Source: Bacteroidota bacterium
GTDB lineage: Bacteria > Bacteroidota > Bacteroidia > B-17B0 > Aurantibacillaceae
Direction of reading: 5' to 3'
Length of the DNA: 64,000 bases
NCBI GenBank assembly: GCA_947450025.1
Contig: CANFTW010000001.1
Span: 244,672 to 308,671 of the forward strand
In this document: positions 10,094 through 19,799 of the stretch, one piece after another
Position numbering within the stretch: position 1 is the first letter of the stretch
How the letters are laid out: each line of letters starts with the position of its first letter
Notes under the pieces: generated by a model
Database searches by the model: none
Told to the model about the DNA's origin: nothing
The model's input: the letters and a program-made list of their open reading frames with translations, nothing else
Program-made: the position numbers and the translations under genes

Positions 10094-10780
10094 TTATACC
10101 CTTGATTTTCTATTTTTAAAGTAATCCATTAATAAAACTGTACTTAATAATAAACTCAAGCAATAAAAAGTATCTTCTAATGGTATAGAAAATAGCCTTA
10201 TAGCCATGTTTTCTTCATTATTATAAACAACTATGGGTAAAGCGGTTAATACGCCATTACAGATTAAAAATGGAATTAAACAAACGAAATAAGCTAAATA
10301 AAATCTTCCCATATTTCTGTACTTATAGACAAAGGTTGCAAATAGCACTAAGCCTAAACATATTCCGGCATTAACAATTGTATATGTTTTATTATAAAAT
10401 AAAACACATGTGATTAAACTAATAATTGATACTAAAACACTAATTTTTGTTGAACAAGAGCCTAGAACATCTCTTGCCACATAGGCATTAAAAACTTCGA
10501 AAATAAAAACGCAAGAATAAGGTACAGAAATAAAAAACAACACTTCCTCAATTGGCAAATTGAAGAGGTAAACTCCAATAGTATAGTCGGTGTTAAACCC
10601 CCATACTCCATTAGCTGTAAATAAAATGTCCCAAAAAATAAAAAAAACACCGGTTAACAACATGGCAGGAAACAAAAATTTCCAATGCTTATAAAACGCT
10701 ACTTTTTTATCAAAACTTAATATCAGCGGAAAGAAAACACTGAAAATATCTAAAACTAAATAAGTATAATGGGGATTCAT
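10094..10780 (-). CDS. Lycopene cyclase-domain protein (fused CrtYc/CrtYd type)
   Basis: 228-aa polytopic protein with two internal repeats. Each repeat carries the hallmark PxE(E/D) motif: LPIEEVLFF and IPLEDTFYC. It lies next to crtZ. Confidence 0.8.
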   Translation of the reverse strand: MNPHYTYLVLDIFSVFFPLILSFDKKVAFYKHWKFLFPAMLLTGVFFIFWDILFTANGVWGFNTDYTIGVYLFNLPIEEVLFFISVPYSCVFIFEVFNAYVARDVLGSCSTKISVLVSIISLITCVLFYNKTYTIVNAGICLGLVLFATFVYKYRNMGRFYLAYFVCLIPFLICNGVLTALPIVVYNNEENMAIRLFSIPLEDTFYCLSLLLSTVLLMDYFKNRKSRV

Positions 10781-10807
10781 GTTATATTAATTGATTCAAA
10801 GATACAA

Positions 10808-11287
10808 TTAACTATTTACTTGAACATTAGAATGAACTATAGGACTATCCTTAAAATAATGAAGAGGCACTATTAACATCCCAAAATTCTCACTGTGATC
10901 TTTATTTAAATGTTTATGATGAATTTTGTGAGCTCTTTTAATTCCCTTAACATACCAGTTATTAGATTTAGAAAACCATTTAAATCGTTGATGTATAACT
11001 ACATCATGTACTAAAAAATAGGCAAGTCCATAGCATAAAATACCAATGCCAATATAAAATTTAAAATCAAATCCATTCATCGCTCCAAACATAATACCTA
11101 ACCAACTTGGAATTGCAAATATCAAAAAGAAAAAATCGTTTTTTTCAAAAAAAGACGTATTACTATGGTCGTGATGGTCTTTATGAAACACCCACATAGA
11201 GCCATGCATAATGAATTTATGCGTAAACCACGCCATAAATTCCATTGCCAAAAATGAGGCTAAAACTATTAATACATTTAGTACCAT
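10808..11287 (-). CDS. crtZ: Beta-carotene hydroxylase
   Basis: 159 aa with histidine boxes HKDHHDH, HDVVIHQR and HKIHHKH, typical of CrtZ / fatty-acid-hydroxylase-superfamily enzymes. Confidence 0.88.
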   Translation of the reverse strand: MVLNVLIVLASFLAMEFMAWFTHKFIMHGSMWVFHKDHHDHSNTSFFEKNDFFFLIFAIPSWLGIMFGAMNGFDFKFYIGIGILCYGLAYFLVHDVVIHQRFKWFSKSNNWYVKGIKRAHKIHHKHLNKDHSENFGMLIVPLHYFKDSPIVHSNVQVNS

Positions 11288-11317
11288 ACCCCAATAACAA
11301 ACTAAGTTTTATTTTGT

Positions 11318-11938
11318 TTAATTAAACCAATAAAGAGCTGCGAAAAATATAATTTGAACTATATAGAAAGCTTTTGCTGTATTATTTGGTTTTTGAACAA
11401 ATTGCTTCTGTGATAATAAATTTAAGATAAAAGAAATGAAAAACCAAGCAATATAATTTTGTAAGGGAATAATTCCAAGATTCCAATGCCAAAAATCAAA
11501 TTTAGCGGCATTTTGCTCTATAAAAAAATCCAAAGCAACCATATAGAATGCTCCTAATAAAGCATTTAATAGAGTGTTTTTAATTTTACTCAATTGACTT
11601 GTACTATACAATAAAACACCCCAATTAATGCCAATTAATAAAGGAACGCCAAAAACTTTATATCCAAGTGAGTTACCATAATGGTAAACTCCAAAAATTA
11701 AACCTGTTTTAACTCCAATAACTTCAATTAAAAACCCACTAATTGCTACGGATAAAATTGCACCATAAAATTTCCAGTTCGTTTGCGAAGAAGCCATTAA
11801 AACCAACACAGTAGATAACAATAAATTTACAGGGCTTAGGGGTTTAAAATAAACTGGATTCATCATAAAACCTATAAAACCAATCAAATGAAAGATAATT
11901 ATGATAACAATAAGGATATTTTTTTTTATAAAACTCAT
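11318..11938 (-). CDS. Carotenoid biosynthesis membrane protein (DUF422 family)
   Basis: 206-aa polytopic protein located immediately upstream of crtZ. Size and context match the DUF422 family. Confidence 0.6.
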   Translation of the reverse strand: MSFIKKNILIVIIIIFHLIGFIGFMMNPVYFKPLSPVNLLLSTVLVLMASSQTNWKFYGAILSVAISGFLIEVIGVKTGLIFGVYHYGNSLGYKVFGVPLLIGINWGVLLYSTSQLSKIKNTLLNALLGAFYMVALDFFIEQNAAKFDFWHWNLGIIPLQNYIAWFFISFILNLLSQKQFVQKPNNTAKAFYIVQIIFFAALYWFN

Positions 11939-12000
11939 GGATATTTTATCGAATTAGGTCAAATGTAATAAAAATCAAAAAACAATTACACCATATTACG

Positions 12001-12008
12001 TATATTTG
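12001..12008 (+). promoter_or_regulatory. Candidate -7 promoter box (TAnnTTTG) for ppk1
   Basis: tatatttg lies 32 nt upstream of the ppk1 ATG. Confidence 0.35.
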
Positions 12009-12039
12009 ATAGCTCAAAAAAGCTGTTTTAATTTTTATT

Positions 12040-14145
12040 ATGCTTAAAAACAAAATCCCATATATTAACAGAGAAATTAGTTGGCTTTCATTTAACGAAC
12101 GAGTTCTTCAAGAAGCATCAGATCATTCAACTCCATTGATTGAACGATTAAAATTTTTAGGAATATTCAGTAATAATAGAGATGAGTTTTATCGAGTTCG
12201 TGTTGCAACAATTAAAAGATTATCTAAACTCGGAAAAAAGGCCATTGATATTTATGGAGATGACCCGAAAGATTTATTACATAAACTACAACGTAAGGTT
12301 ATTGAGCAACAAGAACGTTTTGAAGAAATCTATCAAGAATTACTTCCTGAACTAGCGAAACAAAACGTATTTATTATTAATGAAAAACAATTAAATGCGT
12401 CTCAACAACAATTTGTAAAAGATTATTTTCATAAGGAAGTAGAAACAACCTTGTTTCCTATTATGGTTGATGAAAATAAACCGTTTCCATACATGAAGGA
12501 TAAATCTGGTTATTTATTTATTCGATTAATTTCTACAATTCCAAATCAAAAAAACAAATATGCTTTAATAGAGATTCCATCTAGATCAACTAGCCGCTTT
12601 ATTATTCTTCCTCAAGAAAAAAACAAAAAATACATTATTCTTTTGGATGATGTAATTAGATTCAATGTTCATGAAATGTTTTCTGTTTTTGGTTATACAA
12701 CCAAAGAAGCAATTAATATTAAACTTACTAGAGATGCTGAATTAGATATTGACCAAGATGTAAGCAAAAGTATGCTTGAAAAAATATCAAAAGGGGTAAA
12801 AGACAGAAAAAAAGGTCTTCCGGTTCGATTTGTTTATGATAGCGCTATGAGTAAAGAAATGCTTGCTTTTATCATGAAAAAATTAGGCATGGATAAAAAA
12901 GATAATGCCATCCCTGGTGGTCGTTATCATAACTTTAAAGATTTTATTGGCTTTCCTAATATTGGAGAAAAAAAATTAATGCATGAGCATCCAATACCAT
13001 TAACGCATAAATATTTAGATAATATTAATACAAGCATTTTAAGTGTTATTAAACAAAAAGATATTTTACTACATTACCCATATCATACCTACGATCATAC
13101 TATTACTTTATTAAGAGAAGCATCCATTGATCCTACTGTTGAATCCATAAAAATAACGTTGTATCGGGTGGCCGATTCTTCTAAGATTGCCAATGCCTTG
13201 GTAAACGCTATGAAAAATGGAAAAAAAGTAACTGTGCTTGTTGAATTACAAGCTCGCTTTGATGAAGAAAACAATATCTATTGGGCCAACAAATTGCAAG
13301 AAGAAGGCGCTACGGTTATTTATGGTGTTCCCGGATTAAAGGTTCATAGCAAATTGTTTTTAATTACAACAAGAGTTAGAGGTAAAGAAATAAAATATGC
13401 TCATGTCGGAACTGGTAATTTTAATGAAAAAACAGCTCGTATTTATACTGATTTCAGTTTATTAACAGCTGATAAAAGTATTACCGATGAAATATCAAGT
13501 GTATTTGATTTTTATGCCAATAATTTCAAAACTGGCATCTATAAACATTTGGCTGTAGCACCATTTTACATGCGCCAAACTTTTATTAATCTTATTGATA
13601 AAGAAATAGCCAATGCCAATGCTGGAAAAAAAGCATACATGATACTAAAAATGAATAGCTTGGTAGATAAAGACATGATTAATAAATTATATGAAGCTTC
13701 TCAAGCTGGCGTTCAAGTTACTTTAATCATAAGAGGTATTTGTTCTTTAGTGACTGAAATAGCTGGTTATAGTGATAATATTAAAGCCTATAGCATAGTC
13801 GACAAATACCTTGAACACGCTCGTGTATTTATTTTTGGGAATTCCGGGAATGAGAAAATCTATATCACTTCTGCAGATTGGATGAGTCGGAATTTAGATA
13901 GCAGAAGCGAAGTAGCTGTTCCTATCTTAGATCTAGAAGTTAAAAAACAAATTAAAGATATTATTGACATTCAATTGTCGGGTAATACTAAAGTGAGGAT
14001 ATTAGATAGATTGCAACAAAATTTATATAAAAAACCTAAGGTAGGAGAACGCAAAATTCGCGTGCAGGACGAAATTTATAATTACTTAAAAAAAGATAGA
14101 GATAGCTACTTAAAAACAATTTCTAAAAAAACTTCTACCATATGA
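12040..14145 (+). CDS. ppk1: Polyphosphate kinase 1
   Basis: 701 aa. The N-terminus YINREISWLSFNERVLQEA and two PLD-like C-domains (GLKVHSKLFLI...) follow the classic PPK1 layout. Confidence 0.95.
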   Translation: MLKNKIPYINREISWLSFNERVLQEASDHSTPLIERLKFLGIFSNNRDEFYRVRVATIKRLSKLGKKAIDIYGDDPKDLLHKLQRKVIEQQERFEEIYQELLPELAKQNVFIINEKQLNASQQQFVKDYFHKEVETTLFPIMVDENKPFPYMKDKSGYLFIRLISTIPNQKNKYALIEIPSRSTSRFIILPQEKNKKYIILLDDVIRFNVHEMFSVFGYTTKEAINIKLTRDAELDIDQDVSKSMLEKISKGVKDRKKGLPVRFVYDSAMSKEMLAFIMKKLGMDKKDNAIPGGRYHNFKDFIGFPNIGEKKLMHEHPIPLTHKYLDNINTSILSVIKQKDILLHYPYHTYDHTITLLREASIDPTVESIKITLYRVADSSKIANALVNAMKNGKKVTVLVELQARFDEENNIYWANKLQEEGATVIYGVPGLKVHSKLFLITTRVRGKEIKYAHVGTGNFNEKTARIYTDFSLLTADKSITDEISSVFDFYANNFKTGIYKHLAVAPFYMRQTFINLIDKEIANANAGKKAYMILKMNSLVDKDMINKLYEASQAGVQVTLIIRGICSLVTEIAGYSDNIKAYSIVDKYLEHARVFIFGNSGNEKIYITSADWMSRNLDSRSEVAVPILDLEVKKQIKDIIDIQLSGNTKVRILDRLQQNLYKKPKVGERKIRVQDEIYNYLKKDRDSYLKTISKKTSTI

Positions 14146-15020
14146 TATTTGCTGCTGTTGATATTGGAAGTAATGCCATGCGATTATTATTTTGCAGAGC
14201 ATATGATGTAAATGGGAAACCTCATTTCAGCAAAGAAGAATTAATTCGATTACCTATTCGTTTGGGAGAAGATGTGTTTTTAAATGGTAAAATCTCTGAA
14301 AAAAAAGCCGAAAAATTAATTACGGCTATGCGTGGCTTCAGAGAATTGATTAAAGTATACGAAGTTGATGGTTACAGAGCGGTTGCTACGAGCGCCATGC
14401 GTGATGCGAGAAATAGTGATGAAATTATAGAACGTATAAAAAAAGAAGCTGATTTAGATGTAGAAATTATTGATGGTAAATTAGAGGCTCAATTAGTATT
14501 TTCAAATCATATTGAAGAATTATTAAACCCAAAACATTCCTATTTATATATTGACGTTGGCGGAGGTAGCACAGAATTAACCTTATATAGTAATCATAAG
14601 GTCATTGCTTCTAAGTCATTTAATATTGGTACCGTTAGAATGCTTTTAAATAAAGTAGAAAAAGAAGAATGGGAGTTAATGAAAGAATGGATAAAAAAAT
14701 CAACCTATGGTTATAGTCCTTTAAAAGCTATTGGTTCTGGTGGAAATATCAATAAGATATTTAAAATGACTAAAAAAGATAATAAGAACATTAGCTATAG
14801 TAAATTAAAAGGGATAAATGATATGCTAAATTCCTATACTTACGAAGAACGTGTAGAAGTTTTAGGCTTGAAACCTGATAGAGCAGATGTTATTATTCAT
14901 GCTTCTAAAATTTTCATTACCATTATGAAAACTGCTGAAATAGAAGAAATTTTCGTTCCCCAGATTGGCTTATCTGATGGGATTGTTCATGAACTTTATG
15001 AAAAAGCAAAACTAAAATAG
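14142..15020 (+). CDS. ppx: Exopolyphosphatase / Ppx-GppA family phosphatase
   Basis: ASKHA-fold motifs AAVDIGSNAMRLL and IDVGGGSTELT are present. It overlaps ppk1 by 4 nt (ATGA). Confidence 0.9.
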   Translation: MIFAAVDIGSNAMRLLFCRAYDVNGKPHFSKEELIRLPIRLGEDVFLNGKISEKKAEKLITAMRGFRELIKVYEVDGYRAVATSAMRDARNSDEIIERIKKEADLDVEIIDGKLEAQLVFSNHIEELLNPKHSYLYIDVGGGSTELTLYSNHKVIASKSFNIGTVRMLLNKVEKEEWELMKEWIKKSTYGYSPLKAIGSGGNINKIFKMTKKDNKNISYSKLKGINDMLNSYTYEERVEVLGLKPDRADVIIHASKIFITIMKTAEIEEIFVPQIGLSDGIVHELYEKAKLK

Positions 15021-15021
15021 A

Positions 15022-15744
15022 TTATTTTTCAGCCATATAAATTGCTGCTAAACCTAAGCCAACCGAACTGAACGTGGCTTTCTGATAACCAACTTTTTCT
15101 AAAATGGCAGTAAAACGTTCGTTGTCAGGAAATGCTTTAATGGATTCTGGTAAATAGGTATAAGCTCTAGTGTCCTTAGAAAACATTCTTCCTAATGTTG
15201 GAGTAATATATTTAAAGTGAAACATATAAAATTGCTTCACGGGAAATTTGCGAGGAGAGGAGAATTCTAAAACACATAATTGGCCGCCTGGTTTTAAAAT
15301 ACGTAACATATTAGCCAACCCTTTTTCTAAATTTTCGAAATTACGAACTCCAAATCCTACAGTAATTGCATCCATTGAATTATCTGGTAAATCACAAGTT
15401 TCTGCGTCCCCATATTGCAAAGTAATCGTTTTATCAAGATTCATTTTTTTCAATTTCTCTCTACCAAACTTCATCATCCCTTCACTAATATCAATCCCAA
15501 TAACCTTTGTTGGATTTAATTTCATCGCTGCAATAGCAAAATCACCAGTGCCAGTTGCTACATCTAGAATTGCTGAAGGTTTTTTATGAGCGATTAATTT
15601 AATACATTTTTTTCTCCAACCTTTATGAATACCAAGTGATAATAAGGAGTTTAAAAAATCGTAACGAAACGCAATATTGTCAAACATTTGAGCAACTTGC
15701 TCTTTTTTTGATTCGGTATTATTGTATGGTGTAACTGGGTTCAT
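15022..15744 (-). CDS. ubiE: Demethylmenaquinone / ubiquinone methyltransferase UbiE (MenG)
   Basis: VAQMFDNIAFRYDFLNSLLSLGIHKGWR and the SAM motif ILDVATGTGD are diagnostic UbiE features. Confidence 0.93.
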   Translation of the reverse strand: MNPVTPYNNTESKKEQVAQMFDNIAFRYDFLNSLLSLGIHKGWRKKCIKLIAHKKPSAILDVATGTGDFAIAAMKLNPTKVIGIDISEGMMKFGREKLKKMNLDKTITLQYGDAETCDLPDNSMDAITVGFGVRNFENLEKGLANMLRILKPGGQLCVLEFSSPRKFPVKQFYMFHFKYITPTLGRMFSKDTRAYTYLPESIKAFPDNERFTAILEKVGYQKATFSSVGLGLAAIYMAEK

Positions 15745-15764
15745 TTTAACTTTCCGCTAATCGT

Positions 15765-15829
15765 GCGGATTTTCGCAGATTTATAAAAAATATTATTAAA
15801 ATTATCATCGCCGATTTGCGAAATCTGCG
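15765..15829. promoter_or_regulatory. Cluster of four related GC-containing 9-mers (CGnnGATTT) including a perfect 9-bp inverted repeat
   Basis: The copies are gcggatttt 15765-15773, cgcagattt 15774-15782, cgccgattt 15809-15817 and the inverted copy aaatctgcg 15821-15829. The last two can also form an 8/9-bp hairpin with a 3-nt loop. The cluster lies between the stop of the heptose kinase-like gene and the ubiE start. Confidence 0.4.
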
Positions 15830-15839
15830 GGACAAAAAA

Positions 15840-16856
15840 TTATTTTACAAAGTCCAATTTAAGAGCCTCTTCTAATAACTGTTCTTTACTAACAGGTACA
15901 ACTCCAATTTGTTCACACACTAAGCCTCCGGCTAAATTTGCAATACCAGCCATCACAATAGAATTAACGTGCAAAGCAACTAATAATGACGCTACGCTAA
16001 TCACAGTGTCTCCTGCCCCACTCACATCAGCAATACTTCGAATATGCGCTGGGGTATGATGTTTTTCTGAACGCGAATTAATAATCACACCTTTTTCAGC
16101 TAAAGTAACTAGTGCGGTATCAAATTTTTGTTTCACTCTAAAACTACTAATAGCACGTTGTAATTCATTAATATTATCTGAACTAATATCTAATTTTAAT
16201 CCTTCACGTAATTCCTTCAAATTGGGCTTAAATAAAGTAACTCCTTTATAGGCATTAAAATTCTTCTTCTTAGGGTCCACACAGGTTGGAATGCCTTTAC
16301 TCTTAGCTAATTCAACAACTTTTGAAATTAATTTAGGAGTAATTAATCCCTTATTATAATCTTCAAATAAAATCACATCAATCTTATCATGCTGAATGAT
16401 ATAAGAAATTAATGTAATTAATTGTTGTGTTTCTGCTGCCGTAATATCTTCTTCAATCTCCTCATCAATACGAAGTAATTGATGATTATTTCCTATCACA
16501 CGTGTTTTTTCTGTAGTAATTCTATCACGAGATTTTAAAATTCCCTTTTGACTTAATTTTTGGTTTTTTAATAAGTCTAAAAAATTTTGTCCCTCATAAT
16601 CAATACCTATGACAGAGCATAAAATAGGATTAGCACCTAATGCTTGTATATTTAAAGCAACGTTTGCTGCTCCGCCTAAACGTTTTTCTTTTTTATTAAC
16701 AGCAATAATCGGAACAGGTGCTTCAGGTGAAATGCGGTTAACCTTCCCCCACATGTAACTATCAATCATCACATCACCAATAATCAAAACATTTAAATTA
16801 CTAAACGATTTAAAAATTTCACGAATGTGCTCTTTTTTAACAGATAATTTTTTCAT
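15840..16856 (-). CDS. D-glycero-beta-D-manno-heptose-7-phosphate kinase-like PfkB carbohydrate kinase (RfaE domain I)
   Basis: VLIIGDVMIDSYMWGKVNRISPEAPVPI at the N-terminus and the C-terminal DVSGAGDTV PfkB motif. Confidence 0.85.
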   Translation of the reverse strand: MKKLSVKKEHIREIFKSFSNLNVLIIGDVMIDSYMWGKVNRISPEAPVPIIAVNKKEKRLGGAANVALNIQALGANPILCSVIGIDYEGQNFLDLLKNQKLSQKGILKSRDRITTEKTRVIGNNHQLLRIDEEIEEDITAAETQQLITLISYIIQHDKIDVILFEDYNKGLITPKLISKVVELAKSKGIPTCVDPKKKNFNAYKGVTLFKPNLKELREGLKLDISSDNINELQRAISSFRVKQKFDTALVTLAEKGVIINSRSEKHHTPAHIRSIADVSGAGDTVISVASLLVALHVNSIVMAGIANLAGGLVCEQIGVVPVSKEQLLEEALKLDFVK

Positions 16857-16859
16857 TTT

Positions 16860-18053
16860 TTATTTCAATTTTTCAATAGCCTCTTTCATTCTTTTTAAGG
16901 CTTCTATTAATTTATCTTCAGACGTTGCATAAGAAAAACGAATGTATTTATCATCGCCAAAAGCTGCGCCTGGCACCAATGCTACGTGAGCAACATCAAG
17001 CAAATACATGGATAAATCAGTAGCGTTATTAATAACAAAACCATTATACGATTTTCCAAATAAAGAGGATACTTCTGGATAAACGTAAAATGCTCCATCA
17101 GGAACGTTCGTTTTTAATCCGGGTATATCTTTCATTAATTCTAAAACTAAATTTCTTCTTTTCAAAAATGCATCACGCATATAATAAGTGCTTTCAGCAG
17201 GCAAATCCATCGCAGCATGCATTGCTTTTTGAGTTATGCTGCATGTACCTGAGGTAAATTGACCTTGCATTTTATCACATGCTTGAGCAATCCATTTTGG
17301 AGCGGCCATAATTCCACCTCTCCAGCCAGTCATCGCAAATCCTTTAGAAACACCATTAATCGTAATTACTCGATCTTTAATATCTGGGAACTGAGCCATA
17401 CTTTCATGTCCGCCAACAAAATTAATATGTTCATAAATCTCATCACTCATGATATACAATTCATCGTGTTGTTTTACCACATCGGCAATAGCTCTTAATT
17501 CTGCTTTACTATAAACAGAGCCTGTAGGGTTACATGGTGTACTAAACATCATCATACGTGTTTTAGGCGTAATATGAGCTTTTAATTCTTCAGCAGTAAT
17601 CTTAAAATCATTTTCAATGGTTGTATCAATAATAATAGGAACCCCACCAGCTAATTTTAAAATTTCTAAATAACTAACCCAAAAAGGCGCTGGAATAATT
17701 ACTTCATCTCCTGGATTAATAATACATAAAACAGCATTGGCTATACTTTGCTTGGCTCCCGTAGACACTACAATATCATCTGCTGAATAGTCTAAGTTAT
17801 TATCACGCTTAAATTTTCGAGCAATAGCTTCTCGTAATTCTAAATACCCACTAACATGCGTATAATATGTAAAATCATCATTTATAGCTTTAATTGCAGC
17901 TTCCTTTATTACATCAGGAGTCTTAAAATCAGGTTCTCCCAAACTCAAACTAATAATATCAATACCTTGTGCTTTTAACTCACGACTTTTTCGAGCCATG
18001 GCAATAGTTTGTGATTCTGAAATAAGATTTACTTTATCTGATAAATGTGCCAT
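16860..18053 (-). CDS. PLP-dependent aspartate aminotransferase (class I)
   Basis: 397 aa. PLP-lysine region NGVSKGFAMTGWRGG, plus SLGEPDF and NPTG motifs. Confidence 0.9.
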   Translation of the reverse strand: MAHLSDKVNLISESQTIAMARKSRELKAQGIDIISLSLGEPDFKTPDVIKEAAIKAINDDFTYYTHVSGYLELREAIARKFKRDNNLDYSADDIVVSTGAKQSIANAVLCIINPGDEVIIPAPFWVSYLEILKLAGGVPIIIDTTIENDFKITAEELKAHITPKTRMMMFSTPCNPTGSVYSKAELRAIADVVKQHDELYIMSDEIYEHINFVGGHESMAQFPDIKDRVITINGVSKGFAMTGWRGGIMAAPKWIAQACDKMQGQFTSGTCSITQKAMHAAMDLPAESTYYMRDAFLKRRNLVLELMKDIPGLKTNVPDGAFYVYPEVSSLFGKSYNGFVINNATDLSMYLLDVAHVALVPGAAFGDDKYIRFSYATSEDKLIEALKRMKEAIEKLK

Positions 18054-18204
18054 TTAGTTGTTTTTAAAATGCGTAACAAATCTAATAAATACTATAATAC
18101 TACAAACTTATTTTTGATTAAATTATTAGGTAAAAAGTTATCAATTTCTTTTGTAAATCTGTGTCTTATTAGTTAATTTTCAATAATAAATATAATTTGA
18201 ATTT

Positions 18205-18612
18205 ATGAACTATTGGTTGATCAAATCTGAACCCTTTAAATATAGTTGGGAACAATTTAAAAAAGATAAAATCACTTTTTGGGATGGAGTAAGAAATTAC
18301 GCTGCACGCAATAATCTAAAAGCTATGAAAAAAGGAGATTTAGCCTTGTTTTATCATAGTAATGAAGGCTTATGTATAGTAGGTATAGCAAAAGTAGTCA
18401 AGGAAGCTTATCAAGACCCAACCACAAAAGAAGAAGCTTGGGTTGCCGTTGATTTTGCTCCTTTTAAAGCACTTAAAACACCAATCACCTTAGCACAAAT
18501 AAAAGCTGACGAATATTTAAAAGAAATGCAACTAGTAAAACTTCAACGTCTATCTGTAAGTATCGTTAAAGCAGAAGAGTTTGATAGAGTGTGCATGCTG
18601 GGTGGATTATAA
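18205..18612 (+). CDS. EVE domain-containing protein (PUA-like, DUF55)
   Basis: MNYWLIKSEP...WDGVRNYAARNNLKAMKKGDLALFYHS is the canonical EVE N-terminus. Confidence 0.85.
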   Translation: MNYWLIKSEPFKYSWEQFKKDKITFWDGVRNYAARNNLKAMKKGDLALFYHSNEGLCIVGIAKVVKEAYQDPTTKEEAWVAVDFAPFKALKTPITLAQIKADEYLKEMQLVKLQRLSVSIVKAEEFDRVCMLGGL

Positions 18613-18633
18613 ACTTATTAACGCAAAAACATT

Positions 18634-19161
18634 ATGAAATTTATTATTTTCGGTTTAATATCAATTTTATCAATTGTCAGTTTAGCTCAAACCAAAGGAC
18701 AACTTCCTAAAATAGAAGGTCATACTTTAGAAGGTAGTAGCATATCGTTACCTTTATCTGGCACCAAAAAATTTACTATCGTTGGCATTTGCTATAAAAG
18801 ATCGGCAGAAGCTGATTTAAAAACTTGGATACAACCTATGTATGATGTGTTTGTAGCCAAACCAAAAGGTACAGATTATTTTGATGTTGCCAGTTATTAT
18901 GATGTTAACTATTATTTTATTCCGTTGATTAGTGGCTTTAAAAAAGCTGCTGCGGATTTTAAAGCTGAAACTCAAAAAGATTTATGGAAAAATGTAATTG
19001 ATTGTGATACTGATATTAAAATCTTAAAAGAACAATTGAAACCTAGTGACGAAAATGTACCTTATTTTTATGTCATTGATGTTAATGGTAAGATTGTGGA
19101 AGTAGTCACTGGAAAATATACAGATGAAAAGATGGATAAAATTCAGGAGGCTATTGATTAA
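18634..19161 (+). CDS. Hypothetical secreted protein
   Basis: 175-aa ORF with signal peptide MKFIIFGLISILSIVSLAQ. I recognise no family. Confidence 0.55.
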   Translation: MKFIIFGLISILSIVSLAQTKGQLPKIEGHTLEGSSISLPLSGTKKFTIVGICYKRSAEADLKTWIQPMYDVFVAKPKGTDYFDVASYYDVNYYFIPLISGFKKAAADFKAETQKDLWKNVIDCDTDIKILKEQLKPSDENVPYFYVIDVNGKIVEVVTGKYTDEKMDKIQEAID

Positions 19162-19798
19162 TTTTTTCAGGCCTTTTAAATTTATAACAAAAGCCAATAT
19201 TTAGCATATTTATCCTATACCCTATTCCACCTTCCAAATATAGACCAATATTTTTTAAGGCATAATATTTTATAGCAATAGTTATTCCAACAGCAGGCAT
19301 CAATTCATTATTACTTTCAGGAGAGCTAATTTCTTGCCCATTAATTTTATAATAGTGATAATGCTTTAAATTTAAACCTACCATATACCCACTGCATACA
19401 TCTAATTTTTTTCGAACAAAATAGGTTACATGATGAGTTAACTTAATTGCAAAAGTAGTATTTGAAAAGAGTCGTTCATTTTTTTGATTGTTTATAGTTG
19501 CCTCTTTTATTCCAATCCAACTTGTAGAATAAGGTCCTAATCCTAAATAAGCATTGCTTGCATATGGATAAATACAAAAATCGGCTCCAATAACCAAAGC
19601 AGGAGATTTAGAATATTCTTGGATTTTATAATTTATTCTATTGATATCTAAATGTCTTTTAAAAGCACCTGAACCAATATAAATTGAAGCCATGCCCTTT
19701 CCAAAAGACTGATCTTTAAACACTTCATGAGTTTGAGAAAAAGTAGATAATACGTTTGTAAATAAAACAAATATCAACCAAAATATAAACCTAAACAT
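19151..19798 (-). CDS. Hypothetical outer-membrane beta-barrel-like protein
   Basis: Signal peptide, alternating hydrophobic/aromatic beta-strand pattern, glycine-rich turns. The start codon is 1 nt after the stop of the upstream permease gene. Confidence 0.5.
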   Translation of the reverse strand: MFRFIFWLIFVLFTNVLSTFSQTHEVFKDQSFGKGMASIYIGSGAFKRHLDINRINYKIQEYSKSPALVIGADFCIYPYASNAYLGLGPYSTSWIGIKEATINNQKNERLFSNTTFAIKLTHHVTYFVRKKLDVCSGYMVGLNLKHYHYYKINGQEISSPESNNELMPAVGITIAIKYYALKNIGLYLEGGIGYRINMLNIGFCYKFKRPEKINQ

Positions 19799-19799
19799 A

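Noticed and set aside
8983-11938. Carotenoid genes (DUF422, crtZ, CrtYcd-type cyclase) as a possible novel pigment cluster
   Set aside because: This is the standard zeaxanthin-type gene set for yellow-orange Flavobacteriia. crtB and crtI are simply outside this window or elsewhere in the genome. Nothing is unusual in the sequences.
12040-15020. ppk1-ppx pair with a 4-nt overlap
   Set aside because: This is the canonical polyphosphate operon arrangement and is not unusual.
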